From: Anolis carolinensis
Lineage: Eukaryota
Length of the DNA stretch: 64,000 nt
Direction of reading: 5' to 3'
Assembly: GCF_035594765.1 (NCBI RefSeq)
Contig: NC_085844.1
Location: forward strand, 67,347,923-67,411,922
The position numbers were made by a program, and so were the translations under genes. This document shows, piece after piece, positions 1 through 11,405 of the stretch (position 1 is the stretch's first letter; the number at the start of each line of letters is the position of its first letter). Under the pieces are notes generated by a model that was not told the origin of the DNA, ran no database searches, and saw only the letters and a program-made list of their open reading frames with translations.

Positions 1-947
1 GCCGTTTTCCATTCATCTCCTTCTCTCACACGAATCAGATTATAAGCCCCGCGAAGATCCAGCTTGGTGTAAACTTTGGCTCCTCGAAGTTGGTCCAATA
101 AATCCGAGATTAGCGGCAATGGGTAGCGGTTCCGCTTCGTGATATTGTTCAGAGCCCTATAGTCCACACAAAGGCGTAGGTCCCCTGACTTCTTTTTCAC
201 AAACAACACTGGAGATGCAGCTGGGGACTGAGAGGGTCTGATGAACCCCTTGCGGAGGTTTGTCTCTAAGAATTCCCTGAGAGCTTCTTGCTCTGGTTCA
301 GTCAGGGAGTAGAGGTGTCCTCGCGGAATTGGGGCCCCCTCAATGAGATCAATGGTACAATCATAAGGTCTATGTGAGGGTAGTTTCTCGGCTTCTTTCT
401 CATTGAAAACGTCCCAGAAGTCTGAATACTTCTTAGGCAGGGTAATGATGGGCTCTGTGTCCGTGGCTTGACAGATCTTGGCTACTAGGCAGTGGTTCTG
501 GCAGTATTTTGAAGCAAACTGGAGTTCTCTGCTAGACCAGGAGATGTTTGGGTCATGGAGCGTCAGCCAGGGGATTCCCAAAATCACGGGGAAATGGGGA
601 ACCTCAGTGACGAAAAAAGAGATTTCTTCCATATGTTCCCTTATCCACATTCGAGTGGGCTCGGTCCATTGGCTTACTGGCTCCGTCTTCAGGGGTCGGC
701 CATCGATGGCTTGCACCACCCGGGCATTCTTGAAATCATGATATTGTAATCCCAGTGAGTTAGCATAGTCTCTATCAATGAAGTTGTTGGTTGCCCCAGA
801 GTCTATCATGGCATGGATCATGACGGGCCCCTTTTTGACTGACCATAGTGTGACCACTAGAAGAAAAAGGACTCCTGTTTGCGGCTCTTGAGTGGAATCT
901 TTGACCGGGTTGGCGAGCCCATCTACACCCGGTCGCTGTCTTCCCCC
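1..947 (-). CDS. pol: Gypsy pol (aspartic protease + N-terminal RT), -1 frame to gag, open to the window edge
   Basis: Manual translation: [82 protein letters not shown]; no stop seen from 950 to 3. Confidence 0.92.
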
Positions 948-2391
948 GCCGGCTTCATTTCGGCCGCCTCAGTAGCCTCCGCGCTCGCGGATGACGCCGC
1001 CGCCAAACGGGTAGGGGGCTTCTTCTTTGCTGGGCACTCTCTGGTGAAGTGGCCCCCATTTCCGCAGTACCAACATAGGTTCAAACGCTGTCAGCGGGCC
1101 TTTTCTGCCACATCCAGCCTAGGCCGCACGTCGCCCAACTGCATCGGCTCGTCTTCGCTTCCCAAGGGATTGGGACCTGGTTGCGGTGGTCTCCAAATGG
1201 GGCGAGGCTGGGCGCTAACGGTGGAAGGGGGTTTTGGCCCGGCTCTTCCACCCTGGCCCCGGAGCCACTGCCTCTTATTGGCTAGCAGAACTTCCGCCCG
1301 TAAGCAATGGGCAATGAGTCTCTCAAGGGAGTCTGGGGGCTCCACCTTGGAGATTTCTTCCTGCATCTCATGGTTAAGACCCTCACGAAACTGTCCTCTG
1401 AGGGCTATGTCATTCCAGCCGGTGTTTTGAGCTAACACCCGGAATTCAGCTATGTACCGTGATAGCGGTCTGTCCCCTTGGAAAAGGCGCCGGAAATTAG
1501 AAATATGGATAGACTCACATATTTATTATCAAAAAATAAAGGAGAAGCAATAAGAGAGACAGATTGGAGTCAAATCACCAATTACTTAAATAAAGAATAT
1601 GGAAAATAGAACAAGGAGAAAAGAATAAGGATAAAATCACCAACAAAAGGACAATATAATAGGACAGGAGGACGTAGAAGAAAGAGATGGAAAATTAAGT
1701 AAGGGATAAGACAAGACCCTCAAGGAAGATGATCGGAAGTCACTCAAGATTTTAATCTCTTTTTTTTTTTTTTTTTTTTTTCTCTTTCCCCCGACTTCTC
1801 TCTCTTTTGGTGGGGTCTTTCCCTGCGGGCTCCCTATTGGTCTATCCCCATCATCACCCCTCCCCCCCCCCCCACCCGAACCCTCAGTCTTGAGACCCAG
1901 TATAGAATTTTAACATGTATATAAAACTCAATAAAGATTATTAAAAAAAAAAAAAAGAAAAGGCGCCGGAGTTTGTGGCCAGCGGCCTCTTGATCATCCT
2001 CGATTCCCCAGGTATTCCGTAGGTGAGCCAAGAATTGCTGTGCGGTAGCCAGGTATGTGGAGCCCGCATCGTAGAGCGCTGTTGCCCATGTGGCCGCAGG
2101 TCCATCTAGGAGACTGTTTATCCACGCCACTTTGAGATCTTCTTGAGGAAACTCCGTGTGGCGGGCTTCTAGGTACGCCATGCACTGGCGGCGAAATACG
2201 TGAACTTTGGAGGCTTCTCCAGAGAACTTGTTTGGCAAAGCCAAAGCAGGGAGACGGGCTCCTCGATCCTTCAAGCCCCGAATCTCCCCTTCTTGCTCCC
2301 GGAGCTTGTCCCGGATCCGGTTAAACTCATCCTGGGAAATGGTGTAGCTGGCCGGCGGTGCGGCCAGTCCGGCTCCTGGTGTCACCGACAT
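923..2391 (-). pseudogene. gag: Gypsy gag, interrupted by an L1 insertion and one premature TGA
   Basis: ORFs 1834-2391 and 1091-1438 join in frame (HKLRRLF|QGDRPLSRYIAEFRVLAQNTGWN) once 476 bp (insert + one TSD copy) is removed; TGA at 1091-1093 precedes [14 protein letters not shown]; natural stop at 923-925. Confidence 0.9.
1495..1956 (+). mobile_element. 5'-truncated L1-type LINE 3' end
   Basis: 14-bp TSD GAAAAGGCGCCGGA (1481-1494, 1957-1970), AATAAA at 1930-1935, poly(A) 1943-1956; 5' part reads IRNMDRLTYLL..ETDWSQI..*, like an L1 ORF2 C-terminus. Confidence 0.85.
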
Positions 2392-2435
2392 ATTGGCCTA
2401 GGTTGCTTGGTGCTTTGGTGGTGGCGGAGACAAAC

Positions 2436-2670
2436 TGTCACACACCAGGGCAGCGGAGCACCAAAAACCAAACACGGAGGCCAATAAAACTATCTAATAT
2501 CTTTATTAAGGAAATATATAAGAAGGATAAAAGCAAGTAGTGAATATAGTTCAGAAACAGACCTTTCAAATGAGGCCTAAAATAGTCCAGGAAAAGTTTG
2601 TCCAATAAATGATATTAGAGTTCAAAGGTAAAATCCAATAACCGAAACACACACTATTGTCAGGCAATAC
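2436..2670 (-). repeat. 5' LTR (3' part) of the Gypsy element
   Basis: Ends ...TGACA on the - strand 45 nt before the gag ATG; AATAAA on the - strand at 2502-2507; far end not defined. Confidence 0.65.
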
Positions 2671-3139
2671 ACAGGACTACAAGGCCCATGAGGCATCACA
2701 AATAAACTCCGATCATTCATTAAATGTAAAGAACTGCTGCAAGTTTCTTAAATAACATGCATAGGTTTCTACCTTCTTTAATCCCCCCAATAATTATCTA
2801 ATTCCTTTTCTAATTCCCTTTGCTATTCTTTTAATACTAAGGTGATAAAAATACCATCTTATCATAATAATGATATGGTAAAGGCCTTAATAATTTACCC
2901 ATTATTAATTAGACTGCTGCTACTATTATATATAACCTTATGAGGCAAATTTATCGTTGAATACTATATTTTCCTCAGTTAAATAAAAATCAGACAAATA
3001 TATTGAATACAGTAGAGCAATTCCTTTGAAAAAACTGCAATTTTAAGCTCTGAAAATATGACAGAGATAGAAAAAATCAAACATGAAGTGAAAGGATTAA
3101 AGACAGTTTTCCTCCCATCTCTGCTTGTTTTAGAACCTG

Positions 3140-3243
3140 GGTCATCAAATGACGGTAACTGATAAGCTCTTTAGCTTAGAAATGGAGATGAGCACCAACC
3201 CCCAGAGTCGGATATGACTGGACTTAGCGTCGGGGGAAACCTA
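3140..3243 (+). mobile_element. Sauria SINE 3' fragment
   Basis: aatggagatgagcaccaacccccagagtcgg...gggaaacct is the reverse complement of the SINE tails at 24605 and 28722. Confidence 0.75.
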
Positions 3244-3553
3244 TGATGACATATATTTATTAGTTCAAATATCGCAGGCAACATGACTCTCTAAATAAGT
3301 AGTTATGGGACTTGAGAAAAAATGCATGACATTAATCTAGCTTGAATGCTAGAAGAGAATGGGTCGACAAAGTAATAGTCTTCCTTTTCATATTAGGGTG
3401 CAGGTGGATATTTCGGTGACCCAGAATAAAAATGGATTATCAGTGTCACATGAAGCTCTCCAATTAGTAGCAAGTCTGAGTGAACTCTTTTGTTCAGTTG
3501 AGGTGGGTGTACATCCCTGCTTGGGGTTAGTTTTCAAGCCTTCCTTCAAAGTA

Positions 3554-3976
3554 TGGACAGTCCCTGAGTTATAAACATCTGACTTACAAATGACTCATAG
3601 TTAAGAACTGGGGTGAGACAACAATAAGTGAGAGAAATGTACCCCTAGGAAGGGAAATTCACTCCTTGTAAAGTTATATATAAAAATGTATCTCAATTGA
3701 AGCTTTATCACCAATCCTTGTTTCCACAACAAGCCAAATTTTCCAAAATCCAATTATCACAGGGGCAGAAAGTGAGATGAAATCTTCTGAACAGAAGCAT
3801 AGACAACAAAACAAACACAACCAGGGTGTTAATCCTTTCCGTTACTATGCAAAGCTTAAAAAACTTATTTTTGACTGCAGTTACACTTTAAAATGTGCAT
3901 GTTCCAACTTACATACAAATTCAACTTAAGAATAAATCTACAGAACCTATCTTGTTTGTAACTTGGGTACTATCTG
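3554..3976. mobile_element. pogo/Tigger-like non-autonomous DNA transposon (degenerate)
   Basis: Imperfect inverted ends (gacagtccctgagttataaac ... gtttgtaacttgggtactatctg) with TA at the right boundary. Confidence 0.55.
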
Positions 3977-4135
3977 TAGTTAGTTTCCACACCCAATGTA
4001 AGCTATGCTTCCCTGGATTAAGATTCAATAGGATAACCCTCATTCATCCCCAAATAATTTCAGACACTGGTCTATAAGTTCCATATGTTCCCTGAGATGA
4101 GTAGTAGAAATGAAAGAACTGGGTAGATTTTGTCA

Positions 4136-6110
4136 TCTATCTATATCTATATATATAATAAAAGTGAATGTTTGTATGTATGTGCCAGCTTTCTGATTGG
4201 CCGAGCGGAATACGTGCCAGCTTTCTGATTGGCCGGGCGGAGTATCTCCCAGCTTTCTGATTGGCCGCCACTTTCACAGGCCACTGGGACCCCTGAGGCA
4301 AAAACTACTATCAACAGGCTTTGGCCTACCCTCTCTCTCTCTTCAGAACGACACTAGCTTTGGTACACTAACAGCCTTCGGCCTACACTTTTGTAATAAA
4401 AAATACCACTGAGACCACCAGGAAGGCCGGACCTGGACCAAACTTGACACACATAACCCCTAGGACCCATGAACCCACTGACAACGGATCTGGACCAAAT
4501 AGACCCAACATGGCCAACTATGCATACTGATAATAAAAAACTTTGGGTGCTAGGAATTACAGTTCACTCACACTTTCACAGCATTCTGAATCCAACTAAT
4601 GATGGAAAATAATTATGTTTTAATGCTTCCTTTTAAACAATGGTTGCGGGTATGTTTATGAAAACTTCTACTCCCTCACCTCACCCCCCTTCAGCGCTTC
4701 TGCTGACATGTCTCGGCCTTTGCAGGCTGCTCTGCCCTGCTAGGCCCCAAAAGAGGACGCCATCTTCCCTCCTCAATATTGTTCCAAAGAAGGCAGCTTT
4801 TCCCTGGCTCATTGGGACACAGTACTATTCACAGTAGATTAAAGAGAAAATAATGACTATCTTTTAAATCTTTCCTTTTAAGGATTGTTTACTCCCCCCC
4901 CCCCCCCCATAGTTTTTACTGAGGCAAAAAACTACCACCAGCAGACTTCGGCCTACTCACTCTAACAGGCTTGACACATACAGTCCCCATGACCTACTAT
5001 ACATCCGGGCACTATTTGGAGTGGGATGGACCATGGATGATGGACTTGAATATGGTAGTTGTAGTTCACCTGCCCCCACTGAACCCCACTGACCCTAGAC
5101 CTAGACTAAACTTGGAACACAGGAAAACAATGCCTTTCTTAAATGACTTTCGCTGGCCACTTTCGTAGGCCACTGTGACCGCCAGGAAGGACGGACCTGG
5201 ACCAAACTTGCCACACATAACCCCCATGACCCATTTTATGTCCTGGTTCCGTTTGGGATGATGGGCCACAGATTATGGGATTTCCAGTATTTTCAATAGT
5301 TTCAGCTCCCACAGATCACTGCCATGCCCACAAGTGACGGAACGAGACCAAACTTGGCAGACAGAGCTCCAATGACCCACTTTACGTCCTGGTGCAGTTT
5401 GGAGGAGGACAGACCAAGGATGATGGGACTTGCAGTACCTTCACTCACTTCCCGACATGACTACAACTGCCAGGAATAACAGAATTGAACCAAACTTGGC
5501 ACACATAGCCCATATGACACAGTGTACATGCTGCTGCAGTTTGGGGTAAGACAGATCAAGGATTATGGGATTATGGCAGTACCTTCACCCGATTCACCTT
5601 CCACAGACCATTGGGACCCCCACAAATGACACAACTGGACCAAACGTGGAACAAAGATGCAATGTGGCCCACTTTACACCCTGGTGTGGTGTGGGGAAGG
5701 ATGTACCATGGACTATGGAACTTGCAGTACCTTCACTAACTTCCTGAGACTGCCATGACCCACACCAATGACCGATCAACACCAAACTTGACACACAGAG
5801 CCCCAGTGACCCCTTCTACATCCTGGTGCAGTTTGGGGGACATGTACCATGGACAATGGGTACAGTATCTTCACTCACTTTCCGAGACCACTACCACCCC
5901 CACCAATGACTGATCAAGACCAAACTTGCCACATAGAGTCCCCATCACCTATTTTACACCCTGGCGATGTTTGGAGGGGGATGGACCAGGCACGATGGGA
6001 CTTGCATATGGGAGTTGTAGTTCACTTTCACCCACTGATCTCAGCTGACATTAGATTTTGGAATACAGGAAAGCAATGCCTTTCTTAAATGACCCGGGCC
6101 CCCAAGCTAG
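4136..6110 (+). mobile_element. Non-autonomous Helitron with internal tandem repeats
   Basis: Starts A|TCTATCTATATCTATATATATAATAAAA, ends GACCCGGGCCCCCAAGCTAG|T, no TSD; internal ~120-bp units (ccaaacttggcacaca...cctggtgcagtttgg). Confidence 0.72.
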
Positions 6111-9100
6111 TTTAATATAAAGGAAATCATTTTACAAAAATATTGTAGATAATGCGACCTTTATGGGACTTGAGCATCCATGGATTTGGATATCCATGGG
6201 TGACCCCGAAATCCAACACCAATGAATACCAAGATTCCATTGTAACATGAAATATCAATAATTATATTTGCAAAAGTAATGCCATCCCTATCTGTGATAC
6301 ATTTTTGAAATAGAATGTTTTCAGTCCCTCATTACTCAAAACCGTAATGAGTCATAAGTACCAATTCTATTTATAATGGCATACTTCCAAGCTCTATTCC
6401 TGGCAAAAGGACAGAAATGTTGAACTTGGTCCAGCTCTACACATCACACTACAGTGAAATACTTTTGAGTTTGCATTGCAAGAAAGCCTCTGACATGAAG
6501 TTAAGTCAAATGGTACTTCAAGGGAGAGGTATTTCTTTCTGAATACAGAAGGCTTAAGATAGCAGAGTCATATGTAAAGGGTTTCCATGGCCCGGAGAAG
6601 CATTTGCAAAGGCTCACAACAGCTTTTATGAATTTAGATGGGGAGGAAATGGTCCTCCCCACTTCCATGCCAAAAATGGAATTAAATCAGTTGTGACATG
6701 ACCTTATCTCACAACATAGCAAGTTCACATACTCAGTTTTCAGTGACAATAAGAAACACATTTGGGATTTAAAGGAAAATTCCTATTTCAATCTGTCAGT
6801 TCATTCTAAACAGCTGAAGATGACATGGCAGCAAGAATGCTGTCAACAGGTACAGTATCGCAGCACTGGCAAAAATAAAATCAGCTGTGTAAAGTTGTCT
6901 AATAGTAGCTATTGTTGATGAGTTCATTGCTCCCAGAGTTCATTTTAAGCTTATAAATATCTATATTAGAACAGTAATAATGGTGGGGTTTTTTGGTCCT
7001 TCAATACTTTTGAGCAGGTGGTGGTGATTATTATTCTATTCAGAATCTCTGCTTTGGTTTAAGATATTCTTTTGCATGGTTTCGTTAATGTAATATTTAT
7101 TCTGACAAATCCCTTTGCTCCCAACATACAATACTAGAGATCTAAGTAGATAGCTACCATCTTTTACCATAAATATTATGTTTTACTTCGCATGTGAAGG
7201 TCAGAATGTTCCATTCTGAACACTCAAAAGAGGATGCAGTTTCTCAATAATTATGTGTTCGCATAGTATGACACACACTTTCATTGTGGTAAACAACATT
7301 TATCTTGTCAGATAACAGATTCCAATATCATGCAAATGTATCAAGCATTTATAACAGAAAATGCCATTTTACTTGAATGAAAATGGTAGGGAAAACATTG
7401 GCATTTTCTTTCTTAGTGAATACTGTTATTTAGCATTCTGATTATTTATTTCCTCTATGAGCCTTTAGTATTTTGCTTCCATCACCTTTAAAAAAATCTT
7501 CTTGATCATTTTGTTTGGGGTTTTTTGCTGGTCATACAGCACATCCACTCTTCACTTAAATTTTCCTTTGATTTCTTAGATTTTTGTGGAAGAAATCCTC
7601 CTTTGTCCCCTCACTTCTGTAATCTCTTTGTCACTCCAGCCCTTGTCATTCCAGGTGATGGCCGACTGCCAGGATCCATGTCACCCTCTCCAATTCTTGT
7701 CATGGCAGGCCCCAGGTACAACATGGGTCCTGCTGGTCCCTTGTTGCTTGCAGTGATGTCATCTGGGATGCCAAAGAGATAAGAGAGGAGGAATCACCGT
7801 CATCTCTTGCCTTCCTTCTCCAATAGCGTTCTCACCTATGTCACTGTAAGCAATGAGCGACCTGTCTGCATGTGGCACCTGGAGACTGCTGCAACAAGGA
7901 GAATGGTGTGGAATGGAGTGCTATCCTATGTCTCAAGGCTGCCTGAACATCTCAGGACTAGCCCAACTATTTACATGGTCCCAAAGTCAGAAATTGCTTC
8001 AAATTCTACTCCAGAATTTGGAGCAACCTGCAACTGCAGTTAATGTGGGTCAAGGTCATGTTAAGCAACTTTAGCCTGTATTAAACCATATCTGTGCATA
8101 GTTTTGGACACCATGGAATCTTATTCAAGCACTCTTCATACTAAGTGGTCAGTATATGTGTGTCCTTAGCAGGGACCTTCTTCCTTTTCATTGAGCTTCA
8201 GGAAAGAGATAGTTTTGCAACCTGGAGTGGTGTCTATCCCAATCCCACTATTCTATTTTTGGTCCACCATTTTTTGTATGAAGTTTCTCTCAGTTATTCT
8301 ATTCTTGCCTGTTCTCTCCTTTCCCCTCTTCTTATAATGGCATGCTATGAAACAAGAGCAAGGACAATCTGGCTGAGATCACAAGACGAAGTTCATCTTC
8401 TTGTCTTAGTTTTCACTACACTTAGGATTTAAAAGAAAATACCAATTTGTATTATCATGCTGTGATAACAACTCATAGTAACTCTTTTGTTGACAACTCA
8501 GATATGACTTGAGTGCTTCTTTTAACTTAGCCTCTGTCTCTATAAGTTTGTTATTGATTTCTATGAATAGTTTAATTCTATTTTCATGCTTTTTTTGTAT
8601 ATTTTTAATTTTAGCTGCTATGAGTCCCAGTGTTTGGGAGAAACCAGGATGTCAATAGAAGAGGAGTAGGAGTTTTTAAATGGTGTTTTAAAAACTATCC
8701 AGAAATTGGTAATACTGTATATAGACTATTAGAATAAATAAAATACCATAAAGTGTCTCTTCAAAGGATAATCAGGAGGGAGGTGTCTATAAAGATAATA
8801 TTGTGACTGTTGTTTCAATTGCAGAGGACATTAGAGAAGGATGTGTAAATGTAGCTGATTTTTAACAAGAAGGCCTGTTATGACCCTGAAAGCCTCCATA
8901 ATTATGCTACACGCTTGCCTAATGTTGCAGTGCTTTGGTTACTCAATAGTAATAAACCAGAAGCTGGTTAAAATCCATACTCTTTTTTTTTTTAAAAAAA
9001 TGGAATGAATATTGCATTTGGAACAGTTTCCCTCCCACAAATTTACATCTGAGATGACATATAAAAGAACATTTATTTAGGGAGAGAAGTAGAAAAAAAT

Positions 9101-10369
9101 AATGCAGCTGAAAATTGCTAGCAAATGTTCACTAAGGCATATTCAAAGGTATATGTTTGGAAAAAATATGTACAAAAATTTGTATGCATTTTCATGTGGT
9201 CTAAAAAGGTTTCTATAAAGTGTAAAACTGGGAGAGATTTAGTGGTGAAAATGAGACACCAAATGTAATAAGGCTTGGCTGATTCATGCATTCCTATTAC
9301 TATATGGTGATCAAGGTTCATAATGTATTCCCAGAAATATGTCCTTAATGTGCACTTGGCATGTATTGTGTCTCAAATGTTCCAGTGCTAAGCTCTGATG
9401 GTAAAGAAGAGTATGTGGAGTTAATTCATCTGTACATTCACTTGTGTCAGATTTTGCTCAGATTAAATTTTTACTGTAATATAAAGCCCTCTGTCTGTTT
9501 ATGTATTGACCTTGTGGACTGGAGAAAGGCAGGGGAAGTAGACATGGCTCATCAAAATGCTGATGAATATTCCCTGTTTATTGGTTTCTCAGAATTAGGC
9601 TCAAACATGTGTGTATTTTGTGTTAGTGACAGCTCTTTTTAAAATGTCTGAAATGCCCATAATTTCTCCTACATGAATACTATGCTACTCCAGCTGAAAA
9701 ATCTGATTTCACTCTAGTTAAAACAATATAACAGTCACATTTTCTAAGTGATTTTCAGGGGGCATTCTCCTCCCTACTACAGTATTAACTAAAGTGTGTT
9801 TTGTAGACTTGCAACCTTGTCACATGACTGCCGGAGTCGCTCCACATCATTGGGAGGTGTGCTCTCCACACCCCACATCACCAGTAAAGGGTGATCCCAT
9901 GGGAGTAAGTGTCAATTGTGCAGCTCCCTCCTCCCCATGGTTTCCTATAGGGAAGCCTCCCATGTTGCCGCAGTGGCGGCATATGCCATCTCTGCCCTAC
10001 ATCACCCATGGAGCCCTGCCGGCATTGTTTGATGAGAACTGATGGGCTCTGTGGTTGACTGGGGCATATACTGCCAATTTTAGCCCTTTGTGATGAGGTT
10101 CTTGGGGTCACAGCAGTGGAAATTACCATTAAAAGAGGCAAAAGGTTGGAATTAATACTGTGGTATTGAGAACAGGATTAGATCTTTTTCTTTATTTTTC
10201 TTCCTTGGTAAATAACACTATTTGTCAACTCCAAACTGATTATAGTAACAGGATCAGCACTAGTGAGGAGAAAAAGCAAAATCCCGTAATACGAGCATTC
10301 CAAATGTTTCTTATTTGAATGTACATTTTTTTCAGTTCCAATTTCAGAAACATTGCAATGCATGTTAAT

Positions 10370-10560
10370 TGGAGAAAGAACGTTATATACACAACAAGGC
10401 TGAAACACCAGCAGCTAAAGAGTAAATTGTAAAAACTTTTAAAATGGCAGAAATGGACAAATTGGCAATGATGCTCAGGGAAAAAAATCAAAATGACTAC
10501 AAAAGGGCAGGGATCATATTTGAACTTAATTTAAAAAGAGAAAGATGCTATGAGAAACAG
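10370..10560 (+). mobile_element. Old L1 ORF2 C-terminal remnant
   Basis: MAEMDKLAMMLREK resembles the MDRLTYLL motif of the L1 piece at 1495. Confidence 0.4.
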
Positions 10561-11405
10561 AACTATGGACTGAGGGATTCAAATAAGTTTGAAGCAGGAA
10601 TAATTAATTCTGCATTAGAAATATCTACAAACAATATTTAGCTAGAGGGTTCAGCTTAATGTTGTCATCTTGGAAGATATCTGTTATATGTGTTCAAAGT
10701 AGTAATGTCTCCTACCCAGAAAATAGGAAGCCAACAGAGAAGATGGGGAAGTGAGGGGAAACAATTGTACTACTGTATTATATTTTACAGTGAACAAAAC
10801 ATGTAATGCATGCAATACAATAATGGAAGAAAGCAAATAAAAAATGGAAAAAAAACATTTAAGAGGAAGTGTGATTGGCACGAAATATTCTAAAGATATT
10901 TTCCTTCAACTGAACAAGCTAAAGAAACAACCAAGCTACCTTCATATGTAAGATGTGTGCATGTTTCCCTTGTCAGAGAAATTCTTCTTTGAACCCTTGC
11001 AAAGGATTCAAAAAATTTATTCGTTTATTTCGGCATCCTGTTGCTAGAGTAAATGGCAACCTGTGGTGAAAAGTACTTTTCTTTTGTGGGTTGTGCTGCA
11101 CTAGCCTCTGCATTTCCTGTTATTATAGGAAATACAATTTGATCATGATGGTAGTGACACTCTTTCCTCAGCTGGTGTAAATTGTTATTTTAATGCCCTT
11201 TTAAATGATATTATTGGAAGCTCCTGCAGTTAGAGGGAGAAAGCCTTGGAATGCAGAGATAGAACAGTTGGATAAAACTATTCACTGGTGGGCAGTTAAT
11301 TTGATACAGGTCAAGAATCCCTTTTCTGGAAATCCCAAACCCTCCAAAATTGATTGTCTAGATTTTTTTTTTCTGTGTATCAGGAGCGACTTGAGAAACT
11401 GCAAC

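Larger units (their letters stand above)
1..2670 (-). mobile_element. Ty3/Gypsy LTR retrotransposon (Sushi/chromovirus-like), 5' part, running off the window start
   Basis: LTR remnant, gag with CCHC knuckle, protease and RT in Gypsy order on the - strand; the upstream LTR limit is approximate. Confidence 0.93.

Noticed and set aside
879-1430. 183-aa + strand ORF
   Set aside because: Antisense shadow of the GC-rich gag; no independent motifs
5190-6000. Regularly spaced repeats resembling a CRISPR array
   Set aside because: Eukaryotic context; whole units are homologous tandem repeats with no unique spacers and no cas genes
7525-8432. Cluster of short ORFs in moderately GC-rich sequence
   Set aside because: No recognisable domain or splice-consistent exon; probably an old repeat
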